The notes under the pieces were generated by a model, which was not told where the DNA came from, ran no database searches, and saw only the letters and a list, made by a program, of their open reading frames with translations. A stretch of DNA of 64,000 nucleotides from Chrysomallon squamiferum (taxonomy: Eukaryota; Animalia; Mollusca): assembly GCA_012295275.1 (NCBI GenBank), contig CM022678.1, positions 744,001 through 808,000 on the forward strand, given 5' to 3'. Numbering within the stretch: position 1 is the first letter of the stretch; every line of letters starts with the position of its first letter. This document shows positions 1-52,721 of this stretch, one piece after another. The position numbers were made by a program, and so were the translations under genes.

Positions 1-1265
1 AATACTAACACTGTCAATACTAACACTGTCAATACTAACACTGTCAATACTAACACTGTCAATACTAACACTGTCAATACTAACACTGTCAATACTAACA
101 CTGTCAATACTAACACTGTCAATACTAACACTGTCAATACTAACACTGTCAATACTAACACGTGTCAATACTAACACTGTCAATACTAACACTGTCAATA
201 CTAACACTGTCAATACTAACACTGTCAATACTAACACTGTCAATACTAACACTGTCAATACTAACACGTGTCAATACTAACACTGTCAATACTAACACTG
301 TCAATACTAACACTGTCAATACTAACACTGTCAATACTAACACTGTCAATACTAACACTGTCAATACTAACACTGTCAATACTAACACTGTCAATACTAA
401 CACTGTCAATACTAACACTGTCAATACTAACACTGTCAATACTAACACTGTCAATACTAACACTGTCAATACTAACACTGTCAATACTAACACTGTCAAT
501 ACTAACACGTGTCAATACTAACACTGTCAATACTAACACTGTCAATACTAACACTGTCAATACTAACACTGTCAATACTAACACTGTCAATACTAACACT
601 GTCAATACTAACACTGTCAATACTAACACTGTCAATACTAACACTGTCAATACTAAACACTGTCAACTAACACTGTCAATACTAACACTGTCAATACTAA
701 CACTGTCAATACTAACACTGTCAATACTAACACTGTCAATACTAACACTGTCAATACTAACACTGTCAATACTAACACTGTCAATACTAACACTGTCAAT
801 ACTAACACTGTCAATACTAACACTGTCAATACTAACACTGTCAATACTAACACTGTCAATACTAACAACACTGTCAATACTAACACTGTCAATACTAACA
901 CTGTCAATACAACACTGTCAATACTAACACTGTCAATACTAACACTGTCAATACTAACACTGTCAATACTAACACTGTCAATACTAACACGTGTCAATAC
1001 TAACACTGTCAATACTAACACTGTCAATACTAACACTGTCAATACTAACACTGTCAATACTAACACTGTCAATACTAACACTGTCAATACTAACACTGTC
1101 AATACTAACACTGTCAATACTAACACTGTCAATACTAACACGTGTCAATACTAACACTGTCAATACTAACACTGTCAATACTAACACGTGTCAATACTAA
1201 CACTGTCAATACTAACACGTGTCAATACTAACACTGTCAATACTAACACTGTCAATACTAACACG
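1..1265. repeat. 15-bp minisatellite (AATACTAACACTGTC)n with occasional 17-bp variants
   Basis: Directly visible; runs off the left end; lies in the cyclase intron after exon 20. Confidence 0.98.
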
Positions 1266-1291
1266 ATTATGCTTAGCTGTGTGTGTCTGTT

Positions 1292-1326
<35 letters not shown>

Positions 1327-1534
1327 TTGTGTGTCTGTTTCTCTGCCTGTTTACGTGCGGATGTTTAAATGTGCACATTTCGGCACAGACTGTGTTTGAA
1401 TTTCTGGTGTCTATGTTGTATGGGGGTTTAATCTATGTATGTGTTTTTGTGTATATAATGTATATTTATTTTATATCTAATAATATATACGCGCGTGCAT
1501 GTGAATTTACAAGTATTAAAATGCTGATGTCTAC

Positions 1535-19916
<18,382 letters not shown>

Positions 19917-20351
19917 TTAGCAGCATCAGCGACAACAGTTCACTCAGAAATCAGAGACTTGTGCTCAGACTGTAAGTAAAACTTGATGATTCGTTTTGGT
20001 TGCGAAGGCGTCAGCACCGCATTGTGTCGTCACCGCTCTGTTGTCAGCGTGTGGACGCTGTGACTGACGACGTTTGAGTTTCGCACGCCTGGTGTCAGTA
20101 ATTACAGGCTGCCAGTGCGGACTCTCGCGATGTTTTAAAACACTGAGCTATTCGTGTGCAGATTACTGGAAAATTTGCAGCTGACGAGAGCGAGGCTGAC
20201 GAGAGAGAGGCTGGCTGGGCTGGTTTCTCTTTGTTTGTGTAAAATTACGCTGATGAATTCGCAGATTATATAACACAGCGTGTGCTATGAAATTATTAGG
20301 CGTCTGTTTACATGTCTCTCGTTTTCTCTGTCTCTGATTCTCTCTCCTGTT

Positions 20352-20451
<100 letters not shown>

Positions 20452-20848
20452 GTTTCTATAGTAATCTTTTGACTTCTTGTTTACTATGCAGTCTTTATAT
20501 TTATCAGTCAGCAAAACACAATGTGTGATACATCTGACTTCCGTTTATTTAAAACGTCACAACATTTTCCTTTATCGAAACTCGATTTCTTTCACAGTCG
20601 GTTACGTCATAATGCGCCATGACGTCATATTACTGTTAAACGTCATCTACTATGGTCGATTTATGTATGTCGTTATGTTAGTGTTTATCTATTGCCGTGC
20701 ACCATTAAGATTCCGTCAGTTTGATAAATTGTACAATTCCGACCATATACAGAAACAAAACAGTTTTATCTTCAAAGTTTCTACAATTTTCCTTTGTCAA
20801 ACTGTCGTTATTTTTATTAAACTTTTATCATACATCTGTGTATGTATG

Positions 20849-20880
<32 letters not shown>

Positions 20881-21615
20881 TGTATGTATGTATGTATGTA
20901 TGTATGTATGTATGTATGTATGTATGTATGTGTGTGGCTGTGTGGTTGTGTCTGGGTATGTATGAATATGTTTGTCAAGTATAAGATGTCTACATGGCTG
21001 TTTATGTTTGTAGGTCTTTATTTATATGAATGTTTAACGTGCATTTGTTTCTGTTTGTGTGCCTGTGTACATGCGTGTATGTGTGTGTACGTGTGTGTGT
21101 CTGCACGTGCGTGTTACGACAATTAACAATAACTTGATATAGAGACTTTTTATTAGTTCATGTTGTTTCTTTTGATGGCAGACATTTATTTTTATTATTA
21201 AATTCTGTGTGTGTTGTGTATGTGTTGTGTGTGTTGTGTAACACATTTTTACATTTCTCACAGTGATTTTTATCATTCGTCTCTATTCATCAGGTCGATT
21301 AACTAATGTTACCCTCACACAATTAAAAAAAAAAGATTATACCTTGTGACTGAAAGGTACAGAAACTGACTAAAGTTTGACAAGTAGACATCGATACAGT
21401 TTGTGAACAAGTTAGGTAGGTTTCATGCGGAAAGCAACATAATATTCATATTTTAACTAAATATAAAACAAAAGCAACATCAGTGGTGTAAATTTAAAAA
21501 AAAATGAATAAGTGAATATGTAATGAATCCTCAGTACAATATTTCTTTAATACATTAATGTTAATTTTACAACAGCAGTTAAAAATATTACATACATTTT
21601 TTTTAAATAAAATAA

Positions 21616-21647
<32 letters not shown>

Positions 21648-21882
21648 TGATGATGATGATGATGATTATGATGATAATAACAACAACAACAATACTTTAA
21701 AACCTCTCCCTATAACTCAAACAGACAGACAAACAGTAGAGAAATAAACGACTGAAAGACAGACGATTTATTTATTTTTTATTTTATTTTTTATTTTAGT
21801 TTTTAAATTCAGAAACTGTCACCAGTTTACGAAAATAGCTCAAACCGAGATGATAGCTTTCTCAGTAAAATGTGTTTTAACT

Positions 21883-21896
21883 GTTGCCATGGAAAC
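21883..21896. promoter_or_regulatory. Candidate RFX X-box (GTTGCCATGGAAAC) ~2 kb upstream of the cyclase ATG
   Basis: Near-perfect match to the palindromic X-box consensus GTTGCCATGGCAAC; function not shown. Confidence 0.35.
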
Positions 21897-22383
21897 AACT
21901 AAGCGATGGTGAATTCTGTGAACGTGTGACGGCTGATTGAGTGATGTAGATAAATTAAAAACAATTGTCTCATGACGAAATCTTTACAGAAAGCTGAGAT
22001 CAGAACGCGTCTTTACGTTGCTGATTAGTTTTATCGATGTCAGGAAGGAATGTAGCTTTTGCTGTCAAAAAATGAAAAATTCGTTTAGCTGACATTTTGT
22101 GAAACGAAAGAGAGTTGACCACTGACTGACCAGTCGACCGGACACCGGACACTGGAGACGGGTTGCTGAAATTTTATTTTATTTTATTTTATTTCATTTT
22201 ATTTTATTTTATTACTGTTCTAGATTAATAATGATTTTATTTTGTGAAGTAAAATATTTTTATATTAAACAGTTTAACTGGGTTGAGAGAGAAAAATTAC
22301 AGACCATGGGTTTTCATAAAACAGTCGTTCTAATCACAGAGAATACCCAACTAACAGCGTTTACCAAATAGATATACATACAT

Positions 22384-22417
<34 letters not shown>

Positions 22418-22636
22418 GCACGCACAAACAAAATAAAAACAACAACAGACAAACAAACCAACGAATAAATAAACAAATAAACAAGAAAAAAAAACATTTC
22501 CTTTCAGTAACTTTACATATATATACATGTACGTGTATGTATGTATGCATATTTACTGTTTACATTAACTAAATAAAAAGTTATTTTAAATGAAACAGCA
22601 CACACACATACAAACACACACATGTGTACTCTCGTC

Positions 22637-22681
<45 letters not shown>

Positions 22682-22770
22682 ACGTAATCGTATGTTAGTC
22701 CGTTTTACAGGACTCGGTAGTTATACACTTTGTACGTGGTAATTAAACTTGTTTCTCTGGACGTCGTGGC

Positions 22771-22801
<31 letters not shown>

Positions 22802-23036
22802 AAGATATATATATATAAAGATATATATATAAAGATATATATATAAAGATATATAGATATATATATATATATATAACACGTAAATAGATCATTTCACCAA
22901 TTTCGTCAACAAAAGCGAAAGATTTATATGTACACTATATCAGTAAATAAACAAGAGAAAATAAAATATGACGACGATCATAATGGTCATAACGATAATT
23001 ACAATAATATTGATGGTACAAGAAGTTGTGATATTT

Positions 23037-23301
23037 TTAAATGTTTGATAATGCAAAAAATGGTGCTATTATTAACAGTCCGAGCAAACTTTCACCCGGG
23101 TAGTTGAGTGACGTCACTGAATTACTTCCGGGTACGGCTGCGCCACACGGCAGTTTGCAGTTGACCTCTGACAAGTTGTTCATCTCACACTGTAACTGGT
23201 AACCCTCAGGATAGAGTCTACACAGCTTGAGTACTGTCAGCAAATACATAAATATATAAATAAATATAGTCTACACAGCTCCAGTACTGTCAGTGAATAC
23301 A

Positions 23302-23344
<43 letters not shown>

Positions 23345-26300
23345 ATACATAAATAAATACATACAAACATACATACATATACATACACACATACATACAT
23401 AAATAAATAAATAAGCAAATAAACATATAAATAAATAAATACAAATAAATAGTGTGCGTGTGTGTGTGTGTGTGTGTACGTGTGAGCGAGTGTGAATGAC
23501 GAGGACATGTTTTAACCATATTAAGAAATACGCAGTGTGCTACATTGTAACGTAATTAGCTGGTTTCTAGTTACACACTCACGTAATTCTTAGTTGAGCG
23601 GTTAACTAATTGCATAATTACTTAGTTCTCTAGTTACATAGTAATCTAATTTGCTATTTACGTAGTTTCGTTCTTATCTTGTTAGATACGCAGTTGTCTA
23701 ATTAAGTAATTCCCAGGTGACTTAGTTACGATATTTCGTATTTGCATAGTTCCTCAGGTCCCTAGTTACTTAAACAGGTAGTTACCTAGTTACAAGGTGC
23801 CATTTTCATGTAATTGCCTAGTTACCTAGTTAACCAGTCACGTAGTTACATACTTATGTAGTTACCTAGTTACACTGTTATTTAGTTGCCTAGTTACGCA
23901 GTTACGAACTTCCTATATTCGGTTGTTACGTAATTACGTAGTTCCATTGTTACGAAGTTTCTTTCTTACGTAGTTACCGTATTACGTAGTTACCTTGTTA
24001 CGTTATTACGTAGTTACCTTGTTACGTTATTACGTAGTTACCTAGTTACGTAGTTAAATAGTTACCTAGTTACGTAGTTACCTAGTTACGTAGTTACCTA
24101 GTGACGTAGTTAACTAGTGACATAGTTACTTAGTTACCTAGTGACGTAGTTACCTAGTTACCTAGTGACGTAGATACCTAGTTACGTAGTTACCTAGTGA
24201 CGTAGTTACCTAGTTACCTACGTAGTTACCTGGTTACGTAGTTACCTAGTGACGTAGTGACGTGGTTACCTAGTTACGTAGTTACCTAGTGATGTAGTTA
24301 CCTGGTTACCTAGTTACCTAGTTACGTAGTTACCTAGTGACGTAGTTACCTAGTTACGTACCTGTTTTGCTGTGTGCTCGCACATTTTCACACACGCCGC
24401 TGTCAATGAGAAACGGAAGTTGATATTCTGTGACACACAGCTTGTCTTTCCTAGAACAGGCCAAGCACCTAGCTCCTGAAACTAGAACACAAGTCTTTAT
24501 TATTTATAATACTAGAACACAAGTCTTTACCATTTATAATACAAGAACACAAGTCTTTACTATTTATACAACTAGAACACAAGTCTTTATTATTTATAAT
24601 ACTAGAACACAAGTCTTTACTATTTATAATACAAGTAGCTCCTGAAACTAGAACACAAGTCTTTATTATTTATAATACACGTAGCTCCTGAAACTAGAAC
24701 ACAAGTCTTTACTATTTATAAAACTAGAACACAAGTCTTTATTATTTATAATACTAGAACACAAGTCTTTATTATTTATAAAACTAGAACACAAGTCTTT
24801 ATTATTTATAAAACTAGAACACAAGTCTTTACTATTTATAAAACTAGAACACAAGTCTTTATTATTTATAATACACGTAGCTCCTGAAACTAGAACACAA
24901 GTCTTTATTATTTATAAAACTAGAACACAAGTCTTTACTATTTATAAAACTAGAACACAAGTCTTTATTATTTATAATACCCGTGGCTCCTGACACTAGA
25001 ACACAAGTCTTTACTATTTATAATACACGTGGCTCCTGAAACTAGAACACAAGTCTTTATTATTTATAAAACTAGAACACAAGTCTTTATTATTTATAAA
25101 ACTAGAACACAAGTCTTTACTATTTATAATACTAGAACACAAGCCTTTACTATTTATAATACAAGAACACAAGTATAAAACTAGAACACAAGTCTTTATT
25201 ATTTGTAATACACCTTTATAATAAACTAGAACACAAGTATTTACTATTTATAATACTAGAACACAAGTCTTTGAAACTAGAACACAAGAACTACAATTTT
25301 ACTATTTATAATCCTGAAACTAGAACACAAGTCTTTACTATTTATAAAACCTAGAAACTAGAACAAAGTCTTTATTATTTATAATACTAGAACACAGATC
25401 TTTAAATTTAGAATACTAGAACTTTAAGTTTTTAATATTTATAAAACTAGAACACAAGTCTTTATTATTTATAATACTAGAACACAAGCCTTTACTATTT
25501 ATAATACTAGAACACAAGTCTTTACTATTTATAATACACATGTAGAGGACTAAATATGAATCATATACATTAATAAGGTAATATAAAATAGCAAGTAACT
25601 TTTATTTATTTATCTATTTATTTATTTATTTAATTATTAAATAATAACTACTACTGATTACGTGTAGACAGATTGTATTTAAAATAAAACTGTTTTGACA
25701 CAAAATCATATTTTTATTTTTTTCTCGAGATATGAAGTAAAAGTGTAGATAAGTCCTACAGAATTTTTTATTTTATTTACTGAGTTGCCTTCCTTGCTGC
25801 TTCTTACATGGTTTTCAGAAAGTACACACAGGCACAGTACACACACTCACACACATATATACACAAATATGCAAAATACTGGTATACACACACACACGCA
25901 CAACACACATACATACACACATACAAACACACACACATACATACATAGATACATACCTATATACATCAACTCATATACATACATGCATACATACACACAT
26001 ACATGTATACATACATTCTCAAACACATACATATACACGTATGCGCGCACACATACACATGCATACAGACATGCTCTATTTGTAATGATACTTGTATGTT
26101 TGTATATCTAAATGTCTCTGTGTATGTGTGCGTGTTTATGTGTGTTTCAGTCATTCAGTCAGTCAGTCAGCCAGCCAGTCAATCAGTCAGTCAATCAGTC
26201 AGTCAATCAACCAATCAGTGAGTCAGCCAATCAATCAGTCAGTCAGTCAGTCAGTCATTCAGTCAGCCAATCAGTCAGTCAGCCAGCCAATCAGTCAGTC

Positions 26301-27280
26301 AGTCAGTCAGTCAATCAGTCATTCAGTCAGCCAATCAACCAATCCAGCCAATCAGTCAGTCAGCCAGTCAGTCAATCAGTCATTCAGTCATTCAGTCAAT
26401 CAGTCAATCAGTCAGTCATTCAATCAGTACATCAGTCAGTCATCAGTCAGTCATTCAGTCAGTCAATCAGTCAGTCAGTCATTCAATCAGTACATCAGTC
26501 AACCAGTCAGTCAGCCAGCCAATCAGTACTATAATTTATATCTATATATATGTATACGTGTCTGTTCAAGGATATGCACACATTTCATATCATATATACA
26601 TATATATACGCATGTGGTTACGTGTATGTATGTATGTATATGTGTATTCGTGTTATGTATGTATATATATACAGTTATAGTTAGCAGTGTGTGAGTACAA
26701 CAACACAGGAGTGTAACACAGGAAACTGACAACTATTCTCTACCACTTCACAAAATCACAAGTTAATTAATCACACTGCGCAGTAGCAGTGACGTCACAC
26801 TTTCGCTCTTGACGGACTGATCCAAGAACAATGAAACCCAATTATAACGTGATAATGAATATTTTCCAGTGATGTTTGTCAAGCTGAGATGAAACGAAAC
26901 AAACAGTTGATAATCTAAACACACTGTGTATGGATTTTCCACGTGTTCTCAGTGACGGGTTATTCGAGTGCAAAGCGCTCTGTTTAGTGTTTGATAACGG
27001 GACGATGCATTTCAGTGTTTCAGTGTTAATAAGTTTCATAACAAGTGAATAAATAATTATACAAGCAGTGAATATAGCATATCATTTTGTTTTGTTTATT
27101 TATGAATATGTTTGAGTGAAATGGAATAAATAAGTAAAAATAAATAAGAAAGTAAATAATACATTCACACACGCACACGCACACCCATCGAAAAACTGGA
27201 AATTAATTATATAAATAAACAACAACAACAACAACAACAATAATAATAAAAATAATAACAATAATAACAACAACAAATAA

Positions 27281-27325
<45 letters not shown>

Positions 27326-27539
27326 CAACAGTAATAATAATAATAAAATGATGAAAACAACAAAAATGACAGCTATAATAATAAGAAGAAAAGAAACAAT
27401 AGTAATAGTAATATTAACAACAACGATAGTTATCACGACTATTACAATAACAGTAACAGTAATAACGACAACAATAAATTTGTAATAGTAGTACGGTAAT
27501 TAACTTTAAAAAATATTAATATTCCAGTATTTACTACAT

Positions 27540-27583
<44 letters not shown>

Positions 27584-27666
27584 ATAACAAAAGTTAACTT
27601 ACCGATGTTTTTCGACAGCAGTGACCAGACGAAGACGAGGAGAGCTGTAGTTGAGAGGAGAGACAT
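23037..27666 (-). CDS. Small secreted Cys-rich protein, probably GPI-anchored (3 exons, ~124 aa), family unknown
   Basis: Exons 27603-27666 (ATG, MSLLSTTALLVFVWSLLSKNI, donor G|gtaagt), 24362-24475 (tttcag|...|gtacgt, ARCLACSRKDKLCVTEYQLPFLIDSGVCENVRAHSKT) and 23037-23233 (ctgacag|, VLKLCRLYPEGYQLQCEMNNLSEVNCKLPCGAAVPGSNSVTSLNYPGESLLGLLIIAPFFALSNI*). Both junctions are phase 1 and join into an open frame with hydrophobic N- and C-termini. Confidence 0.7.
23780..24360. repeat. 8/16-bp satellite (GTTACCTA/GTTACGTA/GTGACGTA)n, decaying leftwards
   Basis: Directly visible; starts at the donor of hidden exon 24362-24475. Confidence 0.92.
24470..25540. repeat. 30-bp minisatellite (actagaacacaagtctttattatttataat) with interspersed longer acceptor-bearing units
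   Basis: Directly visible; tagctcctgaaactagaac-type units recur at ~24637, 24682, 24878, 24984 and 25030. Confidence 0.93.
26145..26530. repeat. (CAGT/CAAT)n tetranucleotide microsatellite
   Basis: Directly visible. Confidence 0.93.
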
Positions 27667-28895
27667 CGTGCAGTGAGCACCGCGTTGTTGACGTAGTTCA
27701 GCGAGTCTGGTCAGCTGAAGTGGGGCGCAGGAAAGAAAGAATTTTCTGTTTCCGTCTGAACCACGTGATGCGAGAAACCCGAGTCGTAAGTGTGACGAAT
27801 GAATGAATGGACGAATGATTTAACGAAATGATTTGATGAAATGAATGAAATGAGCTGATGAATTTTGCAACGAATGAACTGACGAATAAACAAATTATCC
27901 GATGAAAATGTCCCATAAGTGAATATTTAGGAAATGGCAAAAGTTATAAATAAGAATAAAATAATATTTCATTTTATATATTTTAATTATTATTAAGAGT
28001 GTAATAATAGTTTTTGGAAGACACAAAGAAACAACGTTTTTCATAGACACCACAATGAATAATAATAATAATAATAAATGAAAATAAAATAAAATATAAG
28101 AAAATATAAGAAAAAAAGAAAGAAGAAAAGAAAGGACAAAAGTGTTCTTCTACACAAGTGAATCCCATTTTAACTCGCACAACAAAAATAACGATTTTCA
28201 GGTAAGTTCATAATTATTATAATTAAACATAAAAATAATAATAATAATAATAAAACCGTTAACAAGCATGGTTTAAATCTTACGGTTGTTATTTAATGTT
28301 TACTAATATCCTCCAGGAAAACTTCTATGACAAAATAAAACCATCTTACACTGATATCATTAAAACTGTCTCTGTCGTCTCCTTCGTCAAAATTGAAAGT
28401 TCTCTTAATTTTACTTTTATACCGCAAAGCGTTTTTCACAAAATTGTGACAATTAAAATAACATATAATATTTTTGGGAAAAATAAATAAAAGCCTTTCG
28501 ACGTTTTTCTAATTAATGTCTGTGTTTGCAATAAATCAGCAGACTACATTTAACAGATATAATTAAAAATAAACGTAATATTTATGTAAAATATACACAA
28601 TATACTGACAATTGATGTTACACGTCGACTCAGTCTTATAAGTCAATTTGAAGTTATAACGAATAATAAAATTTATTTACAGCGCGGGATTGCAGATATG
28701 CGATTAATTAAAATAATGAAATAAGAAATCTACATACTGAAGAGTAAATAATTAATTACTTTTACAAATAGGAGAAATAAAAATAAATCATTAAATTTTA
28801 TTTTTTTTTTTTCCTTCTTTGCTTCCTCTTTTTTTACCTTAGATGTGATTACTAATGAATTAAAAATGTTAAAAAGATTTATATAGAAATAAGAA

Positions 28896-28926
<31 letters not shown>

Positions 28927-29087
28927 AAGAAGAAATTATCTTTGTAATTTAGAAGAAAATAATAAAATCCGCAAGAAATAATGTCAAGCCATTATGACGT
29001 TTACAAGCGGAAGGAATAATCGAAATAATTTTTCTTGAAATCAAATGAAATTATTATCTGTTTTAGATGTGTAGAGTATGTTTTAAT

Positions 29088-29755
<668 letters not shown>

Positions 29756-30606
29756 TAAATTTATTCTGTTCTTCTTTCATTCTTCCTGCAAGAGTTTTAA
29801 TAACAAAATAACGAAAGCTATAAAATGTACATCTGATACCATAACAACAGCTACAGCAACGTGGACGACAACACCAGTAATAACAAACATGAGTGAAGGC
29901 TGAGTACGTCAACGACTTTGAACATGTCAATAAAACATGTTGATGTAACCTTGACGTTGTTTTTGTAAAAGAAAAACTAAAGATGAAAGACAAACATACA
30001 TACTCACATTCGTGCTCTTTTTTCTACAACAAATATGCTGAGTATAAAATTACTTTTACTAAAACTACCACTACTTAGCTAACACCTACAACCACAGCGA
30101 CCACCATAACTATTACAACTACTACTACAACTATTATTACAGTTATTACTACATTTACTACTTCTACCACTGCAGTTATTGTTACGAATAATTCTAATGC
30201 TATTTCTATTGATATTACTGCTACTTTTGCTACAACGACAACGGCTACTACTACACCATTAATAATACATCATCAGCCACCATCACCACCACTACAAATG
30301 CTACTAACATTACTATTACTACTGTTACTACAACTACTACTACTCTACCGTCATTTCTACTGTTTCTACTACTATCACTTCCATTGCCATTAACATTACT
30401 ACTACGACAGCATTACTACAACAAGAGCAGCAACAACAACTACTACAACTATTGCTGTTCTATCTATCACCAGCAGAATAACTACCACTAGTACTACCAC
30501 CACTATTACAAACGACTACTACCACCACAACTACAACCAATACTACTACCACTATTACTGTATTAATGCTGGTACCACTGTCACCGCTGTTTCGCTATTA
30601 CTTCTA

Positions 30607-30648
<42 letters not shown>

Positions 30649-30828
30649 AAAATTATTATCGTATAACAAAAAAAAAAGTAAAAAAATAAAAATAACAAAA
30701 AAAAAAAAAATAAAAAAAAAAAAAAAAAAAGAAGTAAAAATATCGAGTGGTGCATGTCACTCAAACCTGTAACGAATCAATAAACAACAAATTCAGATTT
30801 TTTCAGATTTTGTCCTCACAGCCACACA

Positions 30829-50657
<19,829 letters not shown>

Positions 50658-50949
50658 TTTAGTGCGGACAGACAGACAGACAGACAGACAATGTCACGTG
50701 ATCAGATGTTTCGTGAAGGTCTGTTAGTACAGCGTATGTTCGTAATTCTGAAGAAATAAGTCATGAACTTAACATTCATGAATAAATTTAATTACATTCT
50801 GAATTGAGATGTTTGTTTATTTTGTTATTATTATTTGTTATTGTTTATTTATTTTTATATTTTATTTTATTTTATTTATTTTTTGTTTTGTCGGTGTTGA
50901 AGCTTGCGTTTTAATTGTTTTGCTATTGTACTTTAGTTGTGGCTGTTGT

Positions 50950-51095
50950 AATTTACAACACTGAATACAACACTGAATACAACAGTGAATACAACAGTGA
51001 ATACAACACTGAATACATCACTGAATACAACACTGAATACAACACTGAATACATCACTGAATACAACACTGAATACAACACTGAATACATCACAG
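50950..51095. repeat. 12-bp minisatellite (caacactgaata)n in or after the 3' UTR
   Basis: Directly visible. Confidence 0.9.
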
Positions 51096-51833
51096 TGTAT
51101 TCTCTGCTAATATTGATCAAAACGACATTTTCTAAGAAAAAAAAAGAAGCACGAAATATTCTAATAATGAAAATGACGATGTCGACGAAACTGTAATAAG
51201 AACTACAAAAACCCTCCCCCTCCCCCCCGCAACAGCTTAAAATGAGAGGAGGAAAGTCTGGGGGGGGCAGCCTTGTTGGTCAGTGATACACGTAGCACAA
51301 CCAGCGCAGATGTTTTATCTGTACTTTTATGTCACGTGACCATGAAAATAATGCCAAACATATATTCTTGTGTTATATAATAATTTGTTACTGTTTGCTT
51401 TATTACACAAACACACGTGTACGCAAACACGCACACACCTACCACATATGCACATGAACACTCGTAAGTTTGTTGAAATAATTCATTACATTTATTAATT
51501 TTTGTTACTTTCTGTTTAAGTTACATTTTATTTATTTTATATACTTATTTCTATACTGAAAGAAAATAATTATTGACGAAAGAAAGGCGTAAATAATAAT
51601 AAATAAATAAATTAATAAATATCAAAAGGCTGTAATAATTATATCCATTACAGTTGTTACAAATCGTCTACAATGACTGAGCAGACAAATCGTCCCCATT
51701 GAAATAAGATGAAATGATTACAGTATTATATCTTACTACGTTACTGTATTGCATGTTACTGTGTTGTATCTGACAATTTATCTTTATTTCAGATTTATTT
51801 ATACAATTTCGATACAGTTATCGATTTCCTTAC

Positions 51834-51877
<44 letters not shown>

Positions 51878-52648
51878 TAAAGTGTATTTTTTTATAATCA
51901 CTAAATTTTACTAGTTTTCTTTCTCTCTTTCTACTTTTGATTTATTCCTTCTTTCTTTTATTTCGTTGAATGGGATTACGTAAACAGATTTATAATTCAA
52001 CAACATCAGCAAGGTAAACCGTAATGAGACAGACATTTTATTTATTTATTTATTAGTATTATTTTTTTTTTTTATTAATATGAGATAAGCCTGACAAAAT
52101 ATTTGTGTGAGTTTTTATCACCTTGGGTGCGTTGTGAACAGTTCAGGCTAGAGGTCAGATGCCGGCGTTTCGACTACAGATGCTGACATGTTTTTTTTTT
52201 GTTTGTTTATGTTTTTGGTGCTTTCTCGAACTCAATTTTTAGTTAAAAATATTTGCAGTCAGAGAAGTGTTTGACACAATGCAGCGTGCAGAAACAGGTT
52301 TGTAGTTTTGCACTTAACTTGCCGCACTCTGTTACAGTCAGTGGGGAGAACAGTGGGGGAGGTGGGTCTGATGTTAAATCATGTTTTCCTTACTCTTCTC
52401 GCCCACGCTGTTGTAGTTGTTTTAGATATTATCACCATCATCATTAGATTCAATTTTCCTCTATTCCAAACAAAACCCACAGTAAGTGTAACTCAGTTTT
52501 CTCCAGTGCAAATTTAAATGTTGCCTATTCTAATAATCATTTACATACATATATATGCATATACTGTTTTAATTTGTTTTTAATTAAAGAAATGAACAAT
52601 AATAATAATAATTTTTTAAAAAAAAAGAAAGAAATAAGGGAAAAATAT

Positions 52649-52721
52649 CGACCCCGACGAGACTCGAACTCGCAATCTTCTGATTCGAAGTCAGACGCCT
52701 TATCCATTGGGCCACGGGGCC
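52649..52721 (-). tRNA. tRNA-Arg-TCG: tRNA-Arg (anticodon TCG)
   Basis: GGCCCCGTGGCCCAATGGATAAGGCGTCTGACTTCGAATCAGAAGATTGCGAGTTCGAGTCTCGTCGGGGTCG, 73 nt. Acceptor stem GGCCCCG/CGGGGTC, anticodon stem TCTGA/TCAGA with loop CT-TCG-AA, A and B boxes, and a downstream T5 Pol III terminator. Confidence 0.97.

Noticed and set aside
155-1200. ORFs from the 15-bp repeat, including TVNT resembling the cyclase GDTVNTA motif
   Set aside because: Pure repeat translations; TVNT is on the strand opposite the cyclase.
1-1265. Telomeric repeat at the window edge
   Set aside because: The unit is 15 bp, not TTAGGG-like, and the cyclase gene must continue beyond it.
23110-23135. CRE (TGACGTCA) and ETS-like (ACTTCCGG) motifs
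   Set aside because: They fall inside the inferred coding exon, and TGACGTCA is frequent throughout the window.
26766-26817. Possible minus-strand exon VRQERKCDVTATAQCD* after the signal-peptide exon (peptide-ligand idea)
   Set aside because: Very short, no recognisable natriuretic or guanylin Cys spacing, and no independent support.
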